A DNA stretch of 64,000 nt, taken from Thermoanaerobaculia bacterium (lineage in GTDB: Bacteria; Acidobacteriota; Thermoanaerobaculia; Gp7-AA8). The notes beneath the pieces were generated by a model. It saw only the letters and a list, made by a program, of their open reading frames with translations. It ran no database searches and was not told the DNA's origin. The stretch spans positions 135,380 through 199,379 of the forward strand of contig DATKDP010000016.1 in the NCBI GenBank assembly GCA_035546335.1, in the 5' to 3' direction. The position numbers and the translations under genes were made by a program. Below, piece by piece: positions 53,372 to 64,000 of the stretch; position 1 is the first letter of the stretch, and every line of letters starts with the position of its first letter.

Positions 53372-54655
53372 GTGAGAATAGAACACGATCCCATGGCCGA
53401 ACCGCAGACGACACCGAAGATCGAGGAGTTGCGCGCCCGCCTGCGCTCCGATCCGAAATCGCGCCTCTTCTATCCCCTGGCCGAGGAGCTCCGCAAGATC
53501 GGCCGCCTTGACGATGCGAAGGAAGCGCTCCTCAACGGCCTCGCCTCGCATCCTTCCTACCTCTCCGCCTGGGTGAGCCTCGGGCGCGTCCTCAAGGAGA
53601 TGGACAACAATCAGGGAGCCGTCGACGCCTTCAACAAGGCTCTCTCCATCGATCCCGAGAACGTCGTCGCCGCACGCCTTCTCGGTGAGAGCTATCTGGC
53701 GCTCGGAGAGAAAATCGAGGCCATCAAGAAGTTCAAGCTCGTCGTCGCTCTCATGCCCGGGGACGAGGAAATGCAGGCCCGCGTCGAAGCGCTCGACCGC
53801 GAGCTGAATCCGGGAATGCGAGCAGTCCAGCCTGTGGAGGTCCCGGACCTCGACGAGACGTTGCTCGATACCGCCGAAGGGCTCGGCGAAGCGGGACAGA
53901 CCACCACCGAGGAGCCTCTGGCAGACGAAGCTCCGCTCGCCGCTTCGGAACAACTCGGTCAGGCCGCGCGCGAGCCCGAGCCATCCGCCGGCGTGGTGAC
54001 GAGTGTACCGGAACCGTACGAGACCACTCTGGTGCTCGAGGGCCTGCTGGGGGTGCCCGCCGCGGCCCATGAGGCAGTCTCTGCCCCCTTCGACGAGAAA
54101 GAGATGGAGGAGGAGGCGGGGGGGCAAGCAGCCCCGTTCGCTGAGGAGCCGGCCGGCGACGCCGACGAGGTCTTCGCCGCGAGTGCGACCGCCGAGTCGG
54201 TTGCCACTCCCGTCGATTCGAGCGCCGAGGAAGAGTCGGTATGGCTCGACGAGCCTGCGGAACGTGATGCCCCTGCCATGGAAGAGCCGCCACTGGGGGT
54301 TTCAGCCGGCGAAGCGGCCCCATTCAGTCTGAACGAATCCACCGCATCCGAAGTGGTCGGGGAGGAGCCGGGTGAGGTTCCGTCCCTCCCCTCTGCCGTC
54401 GATGCCGAGGCGGCGGACCAGATGGCGACGGTGACGATGGGGGATCTCTACGCATCGCAGGGATACTACGACTCGGCTCGGCGTATTTACGAGGGTCTGT
54501 TGCTACGGCAGCCTGGGAACGAAGAGCTGCGGCTGAAGATCGAGGCACTCCCCACGACGCCGCACGGGGAGCCGGTGATCCGGCGCCAGGAACTGGTGGG
54601 CCGTCTCGAGCAGTGGCTCGCGAAGGTGGGCCGGAGAGAGGCAGGGCGTGTTTAA
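53372..54655 (+). CDS. TPR-repeat protein with long acidic low-complexity middle region
   Basis: N-terminal TPRs (YLSAWVSLGRVLKEMDNNQGAVDAFNKALSID ...). C-terminal TPR (DLYASQGYYDSARRIYEGLL). Start uncertain (GTG 53372 or ATG 53393). Confidence 0.55.
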   Translation: MRIEHDPMAEPQTTPKIEELRARLRSDPKSRLFYPLAEELRKIGRLDDAKEALLNGLASHPSYLSAWVSLGRVLKEMDNNQGAVDAFNKALSIDPENVVAARLLGESYLALGEKIEAIKKFKLVVALMPGDEEMQARVEALDRELNPGMRAVQPVEVPDLDETLLDTAEGLGEAGQTTTEEPLADEAPLAASEQLGQAAREPEPSAGVVTSVPEPYETTLVLEGLLGVPAAAHEAVSAPFDEKEMEEEAGGQAAPFAEEPAGDADEVFAASATAESVATPVDSSAEEESVWLDEPAERDAPAMEEPPLGVSAGEAAPFSLNESTASEVVGEEPGEVPSLPSAVDAEAADQMATVTMGDLYASQGYYDSARRIYEGLLLRQPGNEELRLKIEALPTTPHGEPVIRRQELVGRLEQWLAKVGRREAGRV

Positions 54656-55001
54656 GGAGCAACTGACGTCGATTCTGGAGAAGGTCGAGGGGGCGGTTGC
54701 CGCGAGCCTCGTCGGGCTGGATGGGATCGAGGTGGAACGTGTGGGTGATCGCGAGATTCCGCTGGAGACGCTCGCGGCCGAGTTCGGCTCGTTCGTCAAG
54801 TCGATCAGTCAGGCGGGAAGCGATCTCGATGCAGGGAGTGTGGAGCAGTTCTCGCTCGTCACCGAGAAGTACATTACATTTCTTTCGTCCGTCACGACGG
54901 AGTACTTCATACTGCTCGTGCTCCGGGCGGGGGGAAACTATGGGCGGGCGCGTTTCGAGCTGGCGAAGGCCCGCTTCGCATTGCGTGACGAACTGAGTTG
55001 A
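54648..55001 (+). CDS. Roadblock/LC7-domain protein (MglB-like fold)
   Basis: [15 protein letters not shown] ... typical Roadblock/LC7 alpha-beta-beta core, 117 aa. GTG start overlapping the upstream stop. Confidence 0.55.
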   Translation: MFKEQLTSILEKVEGAVAASLVGLDGIEVERVGDREIPLETLAAEFGSFVKSISQAGSDLDAGSVEQFSLVTEKYITFLSSVTTEYFILLVLRAGGNYGRARFELAKARFALRDELS

Positions 55002-55011
55002 GGACGAGGCA

Positions 55012-55488
55012 TTGAACTTCAAAGAACTACTCGAGTTGATCGACAAGGTCGCCGACCGTGGAATCGCCTCGGTGGAGATCGAGAAAGCAGGAGTGCGAGT
55101 CCGCGTCGATGGGAGAGTCTTCGCATCCGCTCCGGTGGAGGCGGCTCCAGGAGCCGTTGTGCAGAATCCCCTGCCCCTGCATCCTCCTGCGACATCCGTT
55201 GCGACTGCGGCCGCGGCGGCCGCCGCGGTCGAGGCGGAGCAGGAGGCTTCGTGGCACATCATCACCTCTCCGATCGTCGGAACGTTCTATCGTTCGCAGA
55301 ATCCGGAATCGGAGGCTTTCGTCAGTGTGGGTGACCGGGTGGGCAAGGGGAGTGTTCTCTGCATCATCGAAGCGATGAAGCTGATGAACGAGATCGAGAG
55401 CGACGTCGACGGCGTCGTGATGAAGGTGTATCCGCAGAACGCGCAGCCGGTCGAGTACGGCGAGAAGCTGTTTGCGATCACGTTGTGA
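55012..55488 (+). CDS. accB: Biotin carboxyl carrier protein of acetyl-CoA carboxylase
   Basis: Biotinyl-lysine motif [13 protein letters not shown]. Confidence 0.85.
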   Translation: MNFKELLELIDKVADRGIASVEIEKAGVRVRVDGRVFASAPVEAAPGAVVQNPLPLHPPATSVATAAAAAAAVEAEQEASWHIITSPIVGTFYRSQNPESEAFVSVGDRVGKGSVLCIIEAMKLMNEIESDVDGVVMKVYPQNAQPVEYGEKLFAITL

Positions 55489-55556
55489 GCGGCCGAACCG
55501 GCGGCGCCCGCCCCGTTGCCGGCAGGTGACGGGGTAATCCTTCAGAAGAGACGACG

Positions 55557-56893
<1,337 letters not shown>

Positions 56894-56897
<4 letters not shown>

Positions 56898-57532
56898 CTC
56901 TTCAGCGGTCGCATGTTCCCCACATCTATGCTCTGACGCCTCCTTCCGCCGGAGACCGCTGCCAGGATGTTGTGGAACAGCTCGTCGCCGCCGGGCTGCA
57001 ATGGATCCAGGTCCGCGCGAAAGGGATCTCCGACGCCGAGCTCTTTCAGGCCGTCGAGCTGATCGCCGCCGCGATGCCGGCGAAAGTGCAGCTCTTCGTC
57101 AACGACCGCGCGGATGTGGCCCTCGCCTGCAGCGCCGATGGGGTGCACCTGGGCGAGCACGATCTTCCCCCCACCGCGGCGAGGGTCGTCGCCGGCGATC
57201 GGAAGCTGCTCATCGGGTACTCCACGCACTCTCTCGAAGCGGCCGTTGGAGCAGCAGCGGACCCGGCAGTCGACTACATCGCCATCGGGCCCATCTTCCG
57301 CTCTCCCACCAAAAACATCCGTCCACCCCTCGGCCTCGAAGTTCTCCGCCAGTTGCGTGACAAGACCGACAAGCCCGTCATTGCGATCGGCGGGATCGAC
57401 GCCACGAACATTCGCATGGTCCTCGATGCGGGGGCCGATTCGGCGGCCGTCATCTCGGCCCTCTACGGCGATGGCGGTACGATCGTCGAGAATTCTCGGC
57501 GACTCCTCGAATCGGTGGAGCAGCGAGCTTGA
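56894..57532 (+). CDS. thiE: Thiamine-phosphate synthase
   Basis: IQVRAKG ... [20 protein letters not shown] ... [12 protein letters not shown] ... IGGI. Confidence 0.85.
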
Positions 57533-58068
57533 AGATCTACCTCATCGGGTTCATGGGAGCGGGGAAGACGACGATCGGGCGCCTTCTCGCCGACCGCCTC
57601 GGCGTGCCCTTCTTCGATCTCGACGAGCTCGTGGAAGCTTCCGAGGGGATGTCGATCAAGGAGCTCTTCGCCGACAAGGGAGAGCCGCATTTCAGAAAAC
57701 GAGAGCGGGATCTGCTGCAGTCGACACGCTACCTCGAGGATGCGGTCATCGCCACCGGCGGCGGGACCTTCACCTTCGAGGAGAACATCCAACTCATTCA
57801 GTCGGAAGGGCTCTCGATCTATCTGGCTGCGTCATTCCCCCTCCTTCTGAGTCGCATCGGCGAGAAGGCAGCCGAGCGGCCGCTCTTCCGCGACGAGATG
57901 GCGACGCATCAGCTTCATCAGAGTCGCCTGAAATTCTACAGGCTCAGCGATCTGACCATCGAGATCCGCGAAGAGGAGACACCCGAGGAGGTTCTCCAGC
58001 GAATCGTCATTCTCCTCCCGAAGGAGATTCTCGCAGGAGCCAGGCGGCGCGGAGGGCGTGTCTCGTGA
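57529..58068 (+). CDS. aroK: Shikimate kinase
   Basis: IYLIGFMGAGKTTIGRLLA ... P-loop and LID region. Confidence 0.85.
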   Translation: MKIYLIGFMGAGKTTIGRLLADRLGVPFFDLDELVEASEGMSIKELFADKGEPHFRKRERDLLQSTRYLEDAVIATGGGTFTFEENIQLIQSEGLSIYLAASFPLLLSRIGEKAAERPLFRDEMATHQLHQSRLKFYRLSDLTIEIREEETPEEVLQRIVILLPKEILAGARRRGGRVS

Positions 58069-58811
58069 GATCTCTCGTCGTCAGCGATTTGCACTCGAAT
58101 CTGCCGGCCTTGACCGCGGTCCTCAAGAAGGTCCAGCGCAAGAGGATCGATAGGATCTTCTGCCTCGGAGACTTCGTGGGATACGGTGCGCATCCGAACC
58201 AGGTTCTCGACACGATGCGCAGCTTCAAGGCGACGAAGGTCTATGTTCGCGGCAATCATGATCGTGTCGCCGCAGGATACGACGAAGGGGAGGGGTTCAA
58301 TCATGTCGCCCGCACCGCGGCTCTATGGACTCGCGATCGCCTCAGCGGTCCGAATCGACGGTTTGTCCGTTCGCTGCCTGTCGGACCTCTCACGACTCCC
58401 GACGGCGTAATGATCTGTCACGGCTCTCCCGCTGATGAAGACGAATATCTGTTCGGCGACTTTCACGCAGCCGCAGTGTTCGATGCCTTCGACGCAGCAA
58501 TCACTTTTTTCGGCCACACGCATTTCCCCATGGTCTTCGCGCTCGATGAGAACGCCGGGACGATCGCGACGAACTACATTCCTGCCGGCGGAACGTTCCG
58601 GCTGGAAGAGGAGAAGAGATATCTGGTCAATCCCGGTTCGGTCGGCCAGCCGCGCGATCGGAATCCGCATTCGTCCTTCGCCATCTTCGACGACGAGCGG
58701 CGGACGGTTCAGTTCTTTCGCGTGCCCTACGACATTCGCCAGGCGCAGACGGCGATCCTCCGCGCTGCACTTCCACCGATCCTGGCTGGGCGTCTGGCCA
58801 TCGGAACATGA
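58065..58811 (+). CDS. Metallophosphoesterase (YfcE / MJ0936-like calcineurin-fold phosphodiesterase)
   Basis: SDLHSN ... GDFVGYG ... GNHD ... GHTH motifs. GTG start overlapping the aroK stop. This is the 3' part of a longer out-of-frame track ORF. Confidence 0.7.
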   Translation: MRSLVVSDLHSNLPALTAVLKKVQRKRIDRIFCLGDFVGYGAHPNQVLDTMRSFKATKVYVRGNHDRVAAGYDEGEGFNHVARTAALWTRDRLSGPNRRFVRSLPVGPLTTPDGVMICHGSPADEDEYLFGDFHAAAVFDAFDAAITFFGHTHFPMVFALDENAGTIATNYIPAGGTFRLEEEKRYLVNPGSVGQPRDRNPHSSFAIFDDERRTVQFFRVPYDIRQAQTAILRAALPPILAGRLAIGT

Positions 58812-58839
58812 GCGTCCCCGTCATCCCGAGCTCTGTAGC

Positions 58840-59135
58840 TCCTCGTAGGGACGAAGCATTTGCGCCAGGGACAGACCAAGAGGCTTGCGACGCCGCAAGG
58901 CAGCGCAATAGCTTCGTCCGGGTGCTTGCCATGAGCTAACCAAGCCCTGCGGGGAGAGCGGGCGTCTCGCGCCCGCCCCTGTCCCGAATTGCGAACCTCA
59001 GCGCGCAGTCGTTCCGGCGCGAGTGTCACAGCCTCGCAGTACTCGGGGGAAGCTATTGCGCTGCGCTGCGGTCATGCGAGCCTGTTGTGGCGGCGCTCGC
59101 GCAAATGCCTCGCCCCTGCGAGAGAGGTTGCAGTC
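58840..59135. repeat. Dispersed repeat cluster: M1 (reverse), M2 (reverse), second degenerate M1 (forward)
   Basis: ctcgtagggacgaagcatttgcgcc ... cgtccgggtgcttgccat (58845-58935). ggggagagcgggcgtctcgcgcccgcccc (58945-58985). gaagctattgcgctgcg ... tcgcgcaaatgcctcgcccctgcgag (59050-59130). Confidence 0.8.
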
Positions 59136-59316
59136 ACGTTGGTCGCGGTAGGAGGGGGAAGGATCTGCCGGCAACTCACGTTGATATAAATAACTTGTGG
59201 GCTTGTGACCACGTCCGGAGACACACTGTCCACTTTCGTGGAGTCGTCCCGCCAACGATCCGAGCTCGTCAAGAGGCAAGTTACTGGAAGTGTGGAACTT
59301 ATTGGTGTAAGTCTAC

Positions 59317-59332
59317 TGGCACGCGGAACGCA
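59317..59332 (+). promoter_or_regulatory. Weak sigma-54-type promoter candidate (TGGCAC-N7-cGCA, GG/GC spacing correct)
   Basis: TGGCACgcggaacGCA about 38 nt upstream of ATG 59370. The -12 element is imperfect. An NtrC-family activator is encoded 3.4 kb downstream. Confidence 0.2.
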
Positions 59333-59369
59333 GGAGGGACGGTTCAGCCGCCCCGAGGAGACGAGTCCA

Positions 59370-61493
59370 ATGCGAAGATCGACAATTCTCATCACAGCAT
59401 CGATTCTGGCCGTTGCGCTTCCGCTCGCAGCCGATGACAAGCACCAGTCGTATGTGACCTATGACTCGGGTGGGAGCATCGTCGTCCAGCAGTTCGATGG
59501 ACGTGAAGTCGAAGCGCGCGCGAACCTGCCGATTTTCCCGGGAGACGAATTTCGCACGACGCGTCGGGGACGAGCCGAAGTGCGTCTGGCTGATGGCAAC
59601 GTGATGGCGCTCAGCCGCGACACGGCGGTCCGTTTCCAGTCGATTCTCGACAGTTACGAGGGGGAAGGCGAATCGACGGTCGCGCAGCTGCTCGGCGGAC
59701 AAGTGATGGTTCATCGTCTCTCCTCGAGCAACACACCGTTGCGACTCGACACCGAGACGGCCAGCTATGCCAGTACACGTGATGCGAGCTATTCGGTCGA
59801 GACGCTGAATCGCGGGCAGGACGTGATCACTGTGTATCGCGGATCGGTCGAAGTGCGAACGCCGTCGCGAGTTGCACGATTGCGCGCCGGCGAGCGGGGC
59901 ACGATCGACGGCGATGGGGTGCACGGAACGACGCAGGCTGGTGGCGCGATGGGTGACTTCGAGGATTGGTCTATGCGCCGAGCCGATCGTTACATGGGGC
60001 GAAGCAGTCGCTATCTCGACGCTCGTCTTGCCTACGCCGAGGATGACCTCGCATCGTACGGCTCGTGGGTTTACGCCAGCGACTATGGCAGCCATGTCTG
60101 GCGGCCGCGAGTGTCCTACGGCTGGCGTCCCTACTACTACGGTTCGTGGATCTCGAGCCCTTCCGGGGCTCTCGTCTGGGTTTCTGACGAGCCATGGGGC
60201 TGGGCGCCGTATCACTACGGGCGGTGGGCGTGGTCGAGCCGCTACGGGTGGGTCTGGATTCCGGGTGGGGGCTACGCTCCTGCGTGGGTCTACTGGGCCT
60301 TCGGTCCCACGTACGTCGGGTGGGTGCCGGCAGGATGGTTCGACTGCTATCGGCCGTACTACCCCTGGCTCTACCGTCCGCACGTGCGCGGAGGAATCAG
60401 CATCGGATTCGGGTTTTACGGGCGTGTCCGGCTGGGCAACGTCGATCTTCAGCCCTGGACTTTCGTCACGCCGGGCGTGCTCGTGTCGCGGCGTGTCGAT
60501 CGCGCGGCGCTGACCACCGACGACATCAAACGGAGACTCGTGCGCGATGGTGATGGTGCTGCGATCGCCAAGGGATCCGTCCGTTTCGGTCGCGATGAAT
60601 TGAGAGATCCGCATGCTGCGGTTCGGGAGATCTCCCGCCGCGGCATCGGAGGCGGTACCGGCAAAGAGGGCTCGGGGACCACGTCGGATTTGACTCCTTT
60701 TTTCCGGCGTGACCCCGAGCTTTCGCCGGCCGTGCGAGACCATGTTGCTCGCCTGAGTCGTCCTGCCGACGGGGGCGATGGTGTGCGGACACGGATCACG
60801 ACAGGAGGCGGCGAGAGCGGCCGGATCATTCGAGGAGCCGACGGCAGCGGACGCGATGCTTCGCGGGTCGTTCCGCGAGCCGGAACCGGCGGAACCGAAG
60901 GGGGCACCGCGTCTCCGTCGGGCACGATCGGCCGCAGGCCTGCGAGCGGTTCCGACTCGCCGGCGACACAGACTCCGGGAAGGGCGATCGGTCGCGAGCG
61001 GGAAGGCTCGTCCACTTCCGGCGCCACGCCGAGAACACCCGGGTCAGTGCAGAGGTCGGACGAGGGCGACTGGAGGAGACTCGAGCGCCCGCGGACGGAA
61101 GGAGAGGTGTCTGCGCCGCGCACTGTGCCGCGGCAGCAGTCTTCAGGAGATCGCGAATGGCGGCGTGGCACCGTGCCGCGCGATTCCGCCGCGCCCGCGC
61201 CGGCGGCGGCTGGAGGGTCCTCGAGGATCGCGGCGCCACGCAGCTCGGGCGAGGAGCGCGTGACTCCGCGCGACGTTTCCCGACGTATCATCGATCAGAT
61301 CGGGGGTCCCCGAGTCTCGCCGGCGAGTCCGGGTGCGAAGCCGAGCACGAAGGAGGCGCCACCGAGCTCCCGGAGCGCGCAGCCCCGTATCGAGAGCCGG
61401 CCACGTCAGGAGGCTCCGAAGCAGCGCGAAGCACCGAAACAGGAATCGAAGCCGTCTCAGGGAAGCGAGCGGCGCTCGATCAAGAGGGATTAG
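59370..61493 (+). CDS. Secreted FecR-domain protein with Trp/Tyr-rich repeat region and long disordered Arg/Gly/Ser/Pro-rich C-terminus
   Basis: Signal peptide MRRSTILITASILAVALPLAADD. FecR-like segment (PIFPGDEFRTTRRGRAEVRLADGNVMAL ... VYRGSVEV). W/Y-rich region (YGWRPYYYGSWIS ... WGWAPYHYGRWAWSSRYGWVWIPGGGYAPAWVYW). GAGGAG RBS. Confidence 0.55.
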   Translation: MRRSTILITASILAVALPLAADDKHQSYVTYDSGGSIVVQQFDGREVEARANLPIFPGDEFRTTRRGRAEVRLADGNVMALSRDTAVRFQSILDSYEGEGESTVAQLLGGQVMVHRLSSSNTPLRLDTETASYASTRDASYSVETLNRGQDVITVYRGSVEVRTPSRVARLRAGERGTIDGDGVHGTTQAGGAMGDFEDWSMRRADRYMGRSSRYLDARLAYAEDDLASYGSWVYASDYGSHVWRPRVSYGWRPYYYGSWISSPSGALVWVSDEPWGWAPYHYGRWAWSSRYGWVWIPGGGYAPAWVYWAFGPTYVGWVPAGWFDCYRPYYPWLYRPHVRGGISIGFGFYGRVRLGNVDLQPWTFVTPGVLVSRRVDRAALTTDDIKRRLVRDGDGAAIAKGSVRFGRDELRDPHAAVREISRRGIGGGTGKEGSGTTSDLTPFFRRDPELSPAVRDHVARLSRPADGGDGVRTRITTGGGESGRIIRGADGSGRDASRVVPRAGTGGTEGGTASPSGTIGRRPASGSDSPATQTPGRAIGREREGSSTSGATPRTPGSVQRSDEGDWRRLERPRTEGEVSAPRTVPRQQSSGDREWRRGTVPRDSAAPAPAAAGGSSRIAAPRSSGEERVTPRDVSRRIIDQIGGPRVSPASPGAKPSTKEAPPSSRSAQPRIESRPRQEAPKQREAPKQESKPSQGSERRSIKRD

Positions 61494-61755
61494 GCTGGCT
61501 GCGGGGCTCACACCCGACGCCCACCCTCGCTTCCAATGACACTGGCCGTGCGGTCATCCTGAACGAGCGCGGGGGGCGGGTGTGAGTGAAGGATCTGCGT
61601 TCTTAGACAGCTGCCGATCGCAGATTCTTCGCTCACGCCCACCCAACCGCCTCGCTCAGGACAGTGCGCCGCGCGGCTCACTGCGTCGCCGACCCAAGCC
61701 GCATTTGCAGGTCAATCACCACTTTCATTGATCTCGATTCGGATTCACTCCTACA

Positions 61756-62010
61756 ATGGCGGCAGGCATGGCCGTCCGTGTTCTCTTCATCATCTACTGC
61801 CTCGAGGCAGGTATTTTTTTCGTCATGATTCCGTGGACGAGGTTCTGGGCGCTGAATCCGATCCTGCACACGGCGCCGATTCTCAATCTCCTGGTCGACA
61901 ACGGGTTTTTCCGCGGCTTTGTCTCCGGCTTCGGAGTCATCCACATCGTCATCGGAGCCCACGAGCTCGCCCGCGTTCTCGCCGCGCGCAACTCCGGCAG
62001 ATCGCGGTGA
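61756..62010 (+). CDS. Small two-TM membrane protein (84 aa), hypothetical
   Basis: Two hydrophobic helices (VLFIIYCLEAGIFFVMIPW; GFVSGFGVIHIVIGA). Stop overlaps the GTG start of the thiE-like gene. Confidence 0.3.
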   Translation: MAAGMAVRVLFIIYCLEAGIFFVMIPWTRFWALNPILHTAPILNLLVDNGFFRGFVSGFGVIHIVIGAHELARVLAARNSGRSR

Positions 62011-62603
62011 AGAGCTACGCCATCGCCAATGCCGGGCAAGAGGTCTCGCCTCGATTCGTCGAGCGCATCGCCCTTCTCTCCGAGCTCGGCGTCGACTACA
62101 TCCAGCTCAGAGCGAAGAGTGCTCCGCCGCGCTTTGTCTTCGAGATGGCGCTGACCTGCCGTCGCACGATCGATCGAGCGACGACGAAGTTCGTGGTGAA
62201 TGGCCGGGCGGACGTCGCGATCGCCGCCGGCGCCGACGGTGTACACCTTCCTGCCGACGAGTTGCCGGAAGACGCAGTGCGCCGCGCCGGCCCGTCGCTG
62301 ATCATCGGTCGATCGTGTCATACGCTCGTCGAGTGCCAGGCGGCTTCCCGTGCCGGGGCGGATTACGTTTTGTTCGGTTCCGTGTTCGCGCCGCGGTCGA
62401 AGGAAGGAGAGGCGCGAGTCGACCGCGATCTGCTGGCGCGCGCCGCCACCGGGAGTGAGCTCGAGGTGTTCGCGATCGGCGGAATCGCGCGCGACAATCT
62501 CGAGTTCTTCCGAGGATTGCCGATTGCCGGACTCGCCGGGATCACCCTCTTCATGGAGGACGAGCCGCTCTCGGAGATCGTGCGCGAGATCGCTGCGCTT
62601 TAG
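62007..62603 (+). CDS. Second thiamine-phosphate synthase-like (ThiE/TenI family) protein
   Basis: IQLRAK ... VVNGRADVAIAAGADGVHLP ... IIGRSCH ... GADYVLFGSVFAPRSK ... IGGI. Confidence 0.55.
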   Translation: MKSYAIANAGQEVSPRFVERIALLSELGVDYIQLRAKSAPPRFVFEMALTCRRTIDRATTKFVVNGRADVAIAAGADGVHLPADELPEDAVRRAGPSLIIGRSCHTLVECQAASRAGADYVLFGSVFAPRSKEGEARVDRDLLARAATGSELEVFAIGGIARDNLEFFRGLPIAGLAGITLFMEDEPLSEIVREIAAL

Positions 62604-62819
62604 CAGCGGGATTAGAAGCGGCCTGAGTAACGGTGCTACTCACGGTATAGACGGTGTAGAGGAAAGGACACCGCTCAGGATGACGGCGCGGCACATGTCC
62701 TGAGAGCGGGATGCGCCGAGGAGACTTGAGAAACAGCCGGGAGATCGGCGTGGCGTGCTGATGGATGCGCATTCCTGCGTTATCCTTCTGTCCAGCGCCG
62801 TTCCGGCGCGGGAGCGTGC

Positions 62820-64000
62820 ATGGATCGAATCCTCATCGTCGAGGACAAGGAATCGCTGGCGAAGATGCTTCAGGAGACGCTCTCGGCGGAGAAGATCGAA
62901 GCCGATATCGCCCACTCTGCAGAGCAGGCGGAGCGCCGGCTCACCTCGGGTCAGCGCTATTCCGTCGTCCTGACCGACCTTCGCCTCCCTGGACGTGGCG
63001 GAATCGACGTTCTGCGACAGGTCAAAGAGATCGCACCGGAGTGTCCGGTCATCATCATGACCGGATACGGCACGATCGACGAAGCGGTCGAGGCGATGAA
63101 GCTCGGCGCGTGGGACTTCATTCAGAAGCCGATCGATACCGATCATCTGCTCTTCCTCATCGAGCGCTGCCGTGAGCACACGCGGCTCCGGTTCGAAAAT
63201 CTCCTGCTGAAGGAGGAGTTCCAGAAGCGGCACGCCATGCCGGCGATCGTCGGTGAGGATGTGCAGATGAAGCGCCTTTCGACCGAGATTCAGAAGGTCG
63301 CCGGGACCGATGCCACTGTCCTGCTGCAGGGCGAGTCAGGAACGGGAAAGGAGTTGTTCGCACGTGCGATTCACCAGCTCTCCCCCCGGCGTGATCGAGC
63401 GTTCGTGGCCATCAACTGTGCCGCCATGCCGGAGACTCTGATCGAGAACGAGCTCTTCGGACACGAGCGCGGTGCCTATACGGGAGCTTCCAGCCGGCAG
63501 ATGGGAAAGTTCGAGCTGGCCGACAGCGGCACGCTCTTTCTCGACGAGATCGGCGAGCTCGGCTTCGGTGTGCAGTCGAAACTGTTGCGCGTCCTTCAGG
63601 AGCGCAGGTTCGAGCGCATCGGCGGGACGGCGACGATCGATGTCGACGTTCGCGTGATCTGCGCCACGAATCGTGAGCTGAAGGACGAGGTGAAGATGGG
63701 CCGCTTCCGCGAAGATCTCTTCTTCAGAGTCCACGTCTTTCCGATCACCATTCCACCGCTTCGCGAGCGCCCGGCTGATTTCGATCCGCTCATCGACTTC
63801 TTCCTTCAGAAGTTCTCGCGGGAGCTCGGTAAGAAGCCGGCGCGCCTGAGCGATGATGCACGAAGCGCCATCCGGAGATATCCCTGGCCTGGGAACATCC
63901 GTGAGCTCGAGAATTGCCTCGAGCGTGCCGTGATCCTTTGCGATCGCGACATGATCACGCCGGAGGATCTCAACCTTTCGCTCGGACTCGAAGCGGAAGA
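62820..64000 (+). CDS. Sigma-54-dependent response regulator (NtrC family), 3' end outside window
   Basis: Receiver (ILIVEDKESL ... VVLTDLRLPG ... IIMTGYG ... KP). Sigma-54 AAA+ (LLQGESGTGKELFARAIH, GAFTGA-like ERGAYTGA, ESGTLFLDEIG, RVICATN). Confidence 0.85.
   Translation, partial: MDRILIVEDKESLAKMLQETLSAEKIEADIAHSAEQAERRLTSGQRYSVVLTDLRLPGRGGIDVLRQVKEIAPECPVIIMTGYGTIDEAVEAMKLGAWDFIQKPIDTDHLLFLIERCREHTRLRFENLLLKEEFQKRHAMPAIVGEDVQMKRLSTEIQKVAGTDATVLLQGESGTGKELFARAIHQLSPRRDRAFVAINCAAMPETLIENELFGHERGAYTGASSRQMGKFELADSGTLFLDEIGELGFGVQSKLLRVLQERRFERIGGTATIDVDVRVICATNRELKDEVKMGRFREDLFFRVHVFPITIPPLRERPADFDPLIDFFLQKFSRELGKKPARLSDDARSAIRRYPWPGNIRELENCLERAVILCDRDMITPEDLNLSLGLEAE

Noticed and set aside
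54648-55001. MglA/MglB polarity GTPase module
   Set aside because: Only the Roadblock/LC7 (MglB-like) gene is present. No Ras-like GTPase gene is adjacent, so I do not call an MglAB system.
59313-60743. 476-aa minus-strand ORF antisense to the FecR-domain gene
   Set aside because: Antisense. The plus-strand gene has a signal peptide and an RBS.

Overview
This is a high-GC (about 68%) bacterial chromosomal segment, gene-dense on both strands. A GWxTD-domain protein, a CarboxypepD_reg-type TonB-dependent receptor and a large choice-of-anchor-D/IPT surface protein point to Acidobacteria-like ancestry; that is an inference from family content, not a database hit. Most of the window is housekeeping: RNase R (5'-truncated), pth, a nifS-like desulfurase, lgt, aroC, rmuC, ribD-ribE, a DegP/HtrA protease, dusB, rimO, rho, relA/spoT, rpmB, a pilMNOPQ type IV pilus block, accB-accC-thiE-aroK, a BtuFCD-like ABC importer, and an NtrC-type regulator that is 3'-truncated at the window end. 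Long antisense or out-of-frame ORFs in the supplied track overlap almost every real gene. I treat them as GC-driven artefacts.

Features that stand out:
- A Ser/Thr-kinase-like protein (34070-36913) with an N-terminal pseudo-receiver domain, a transmembrane segment and a C-terminal periplasmic TonB_C domain. It sits next to a TonB-dependent receptor and a Btu-like importer.
- An operon of a ChlI-like AAA+ ATPase, a small RHH-TPR protein and a vWA protein (4477-7602). It is convergent with a secreted GWxTD-vWA protein (7604-10252).
- A mobile-element graveyard at 21767-23570: an internally deleted DUF4143 ATPase pseudogene, a BrnT toxin N-terminal stub, and the 3' half of a group II intron (frameshifted RT/maturase plus a recognisable domain V).
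- A family of modular hairpin-forming GC-rich repeats scattered through at least seven intergenic sites, including 3.5 tandem 59-bp copies in the ribD leader where an FMN riboswitch would be expected.
- A perfect (CAGAATCG)x5 microsatellite immediately upstream of a small ORF.

No rRNA, tRNA or CRISPR array was recognised. All coordinates were derived by hand from the ORF track and should be treated as approximate (+/- a few codons at starts).
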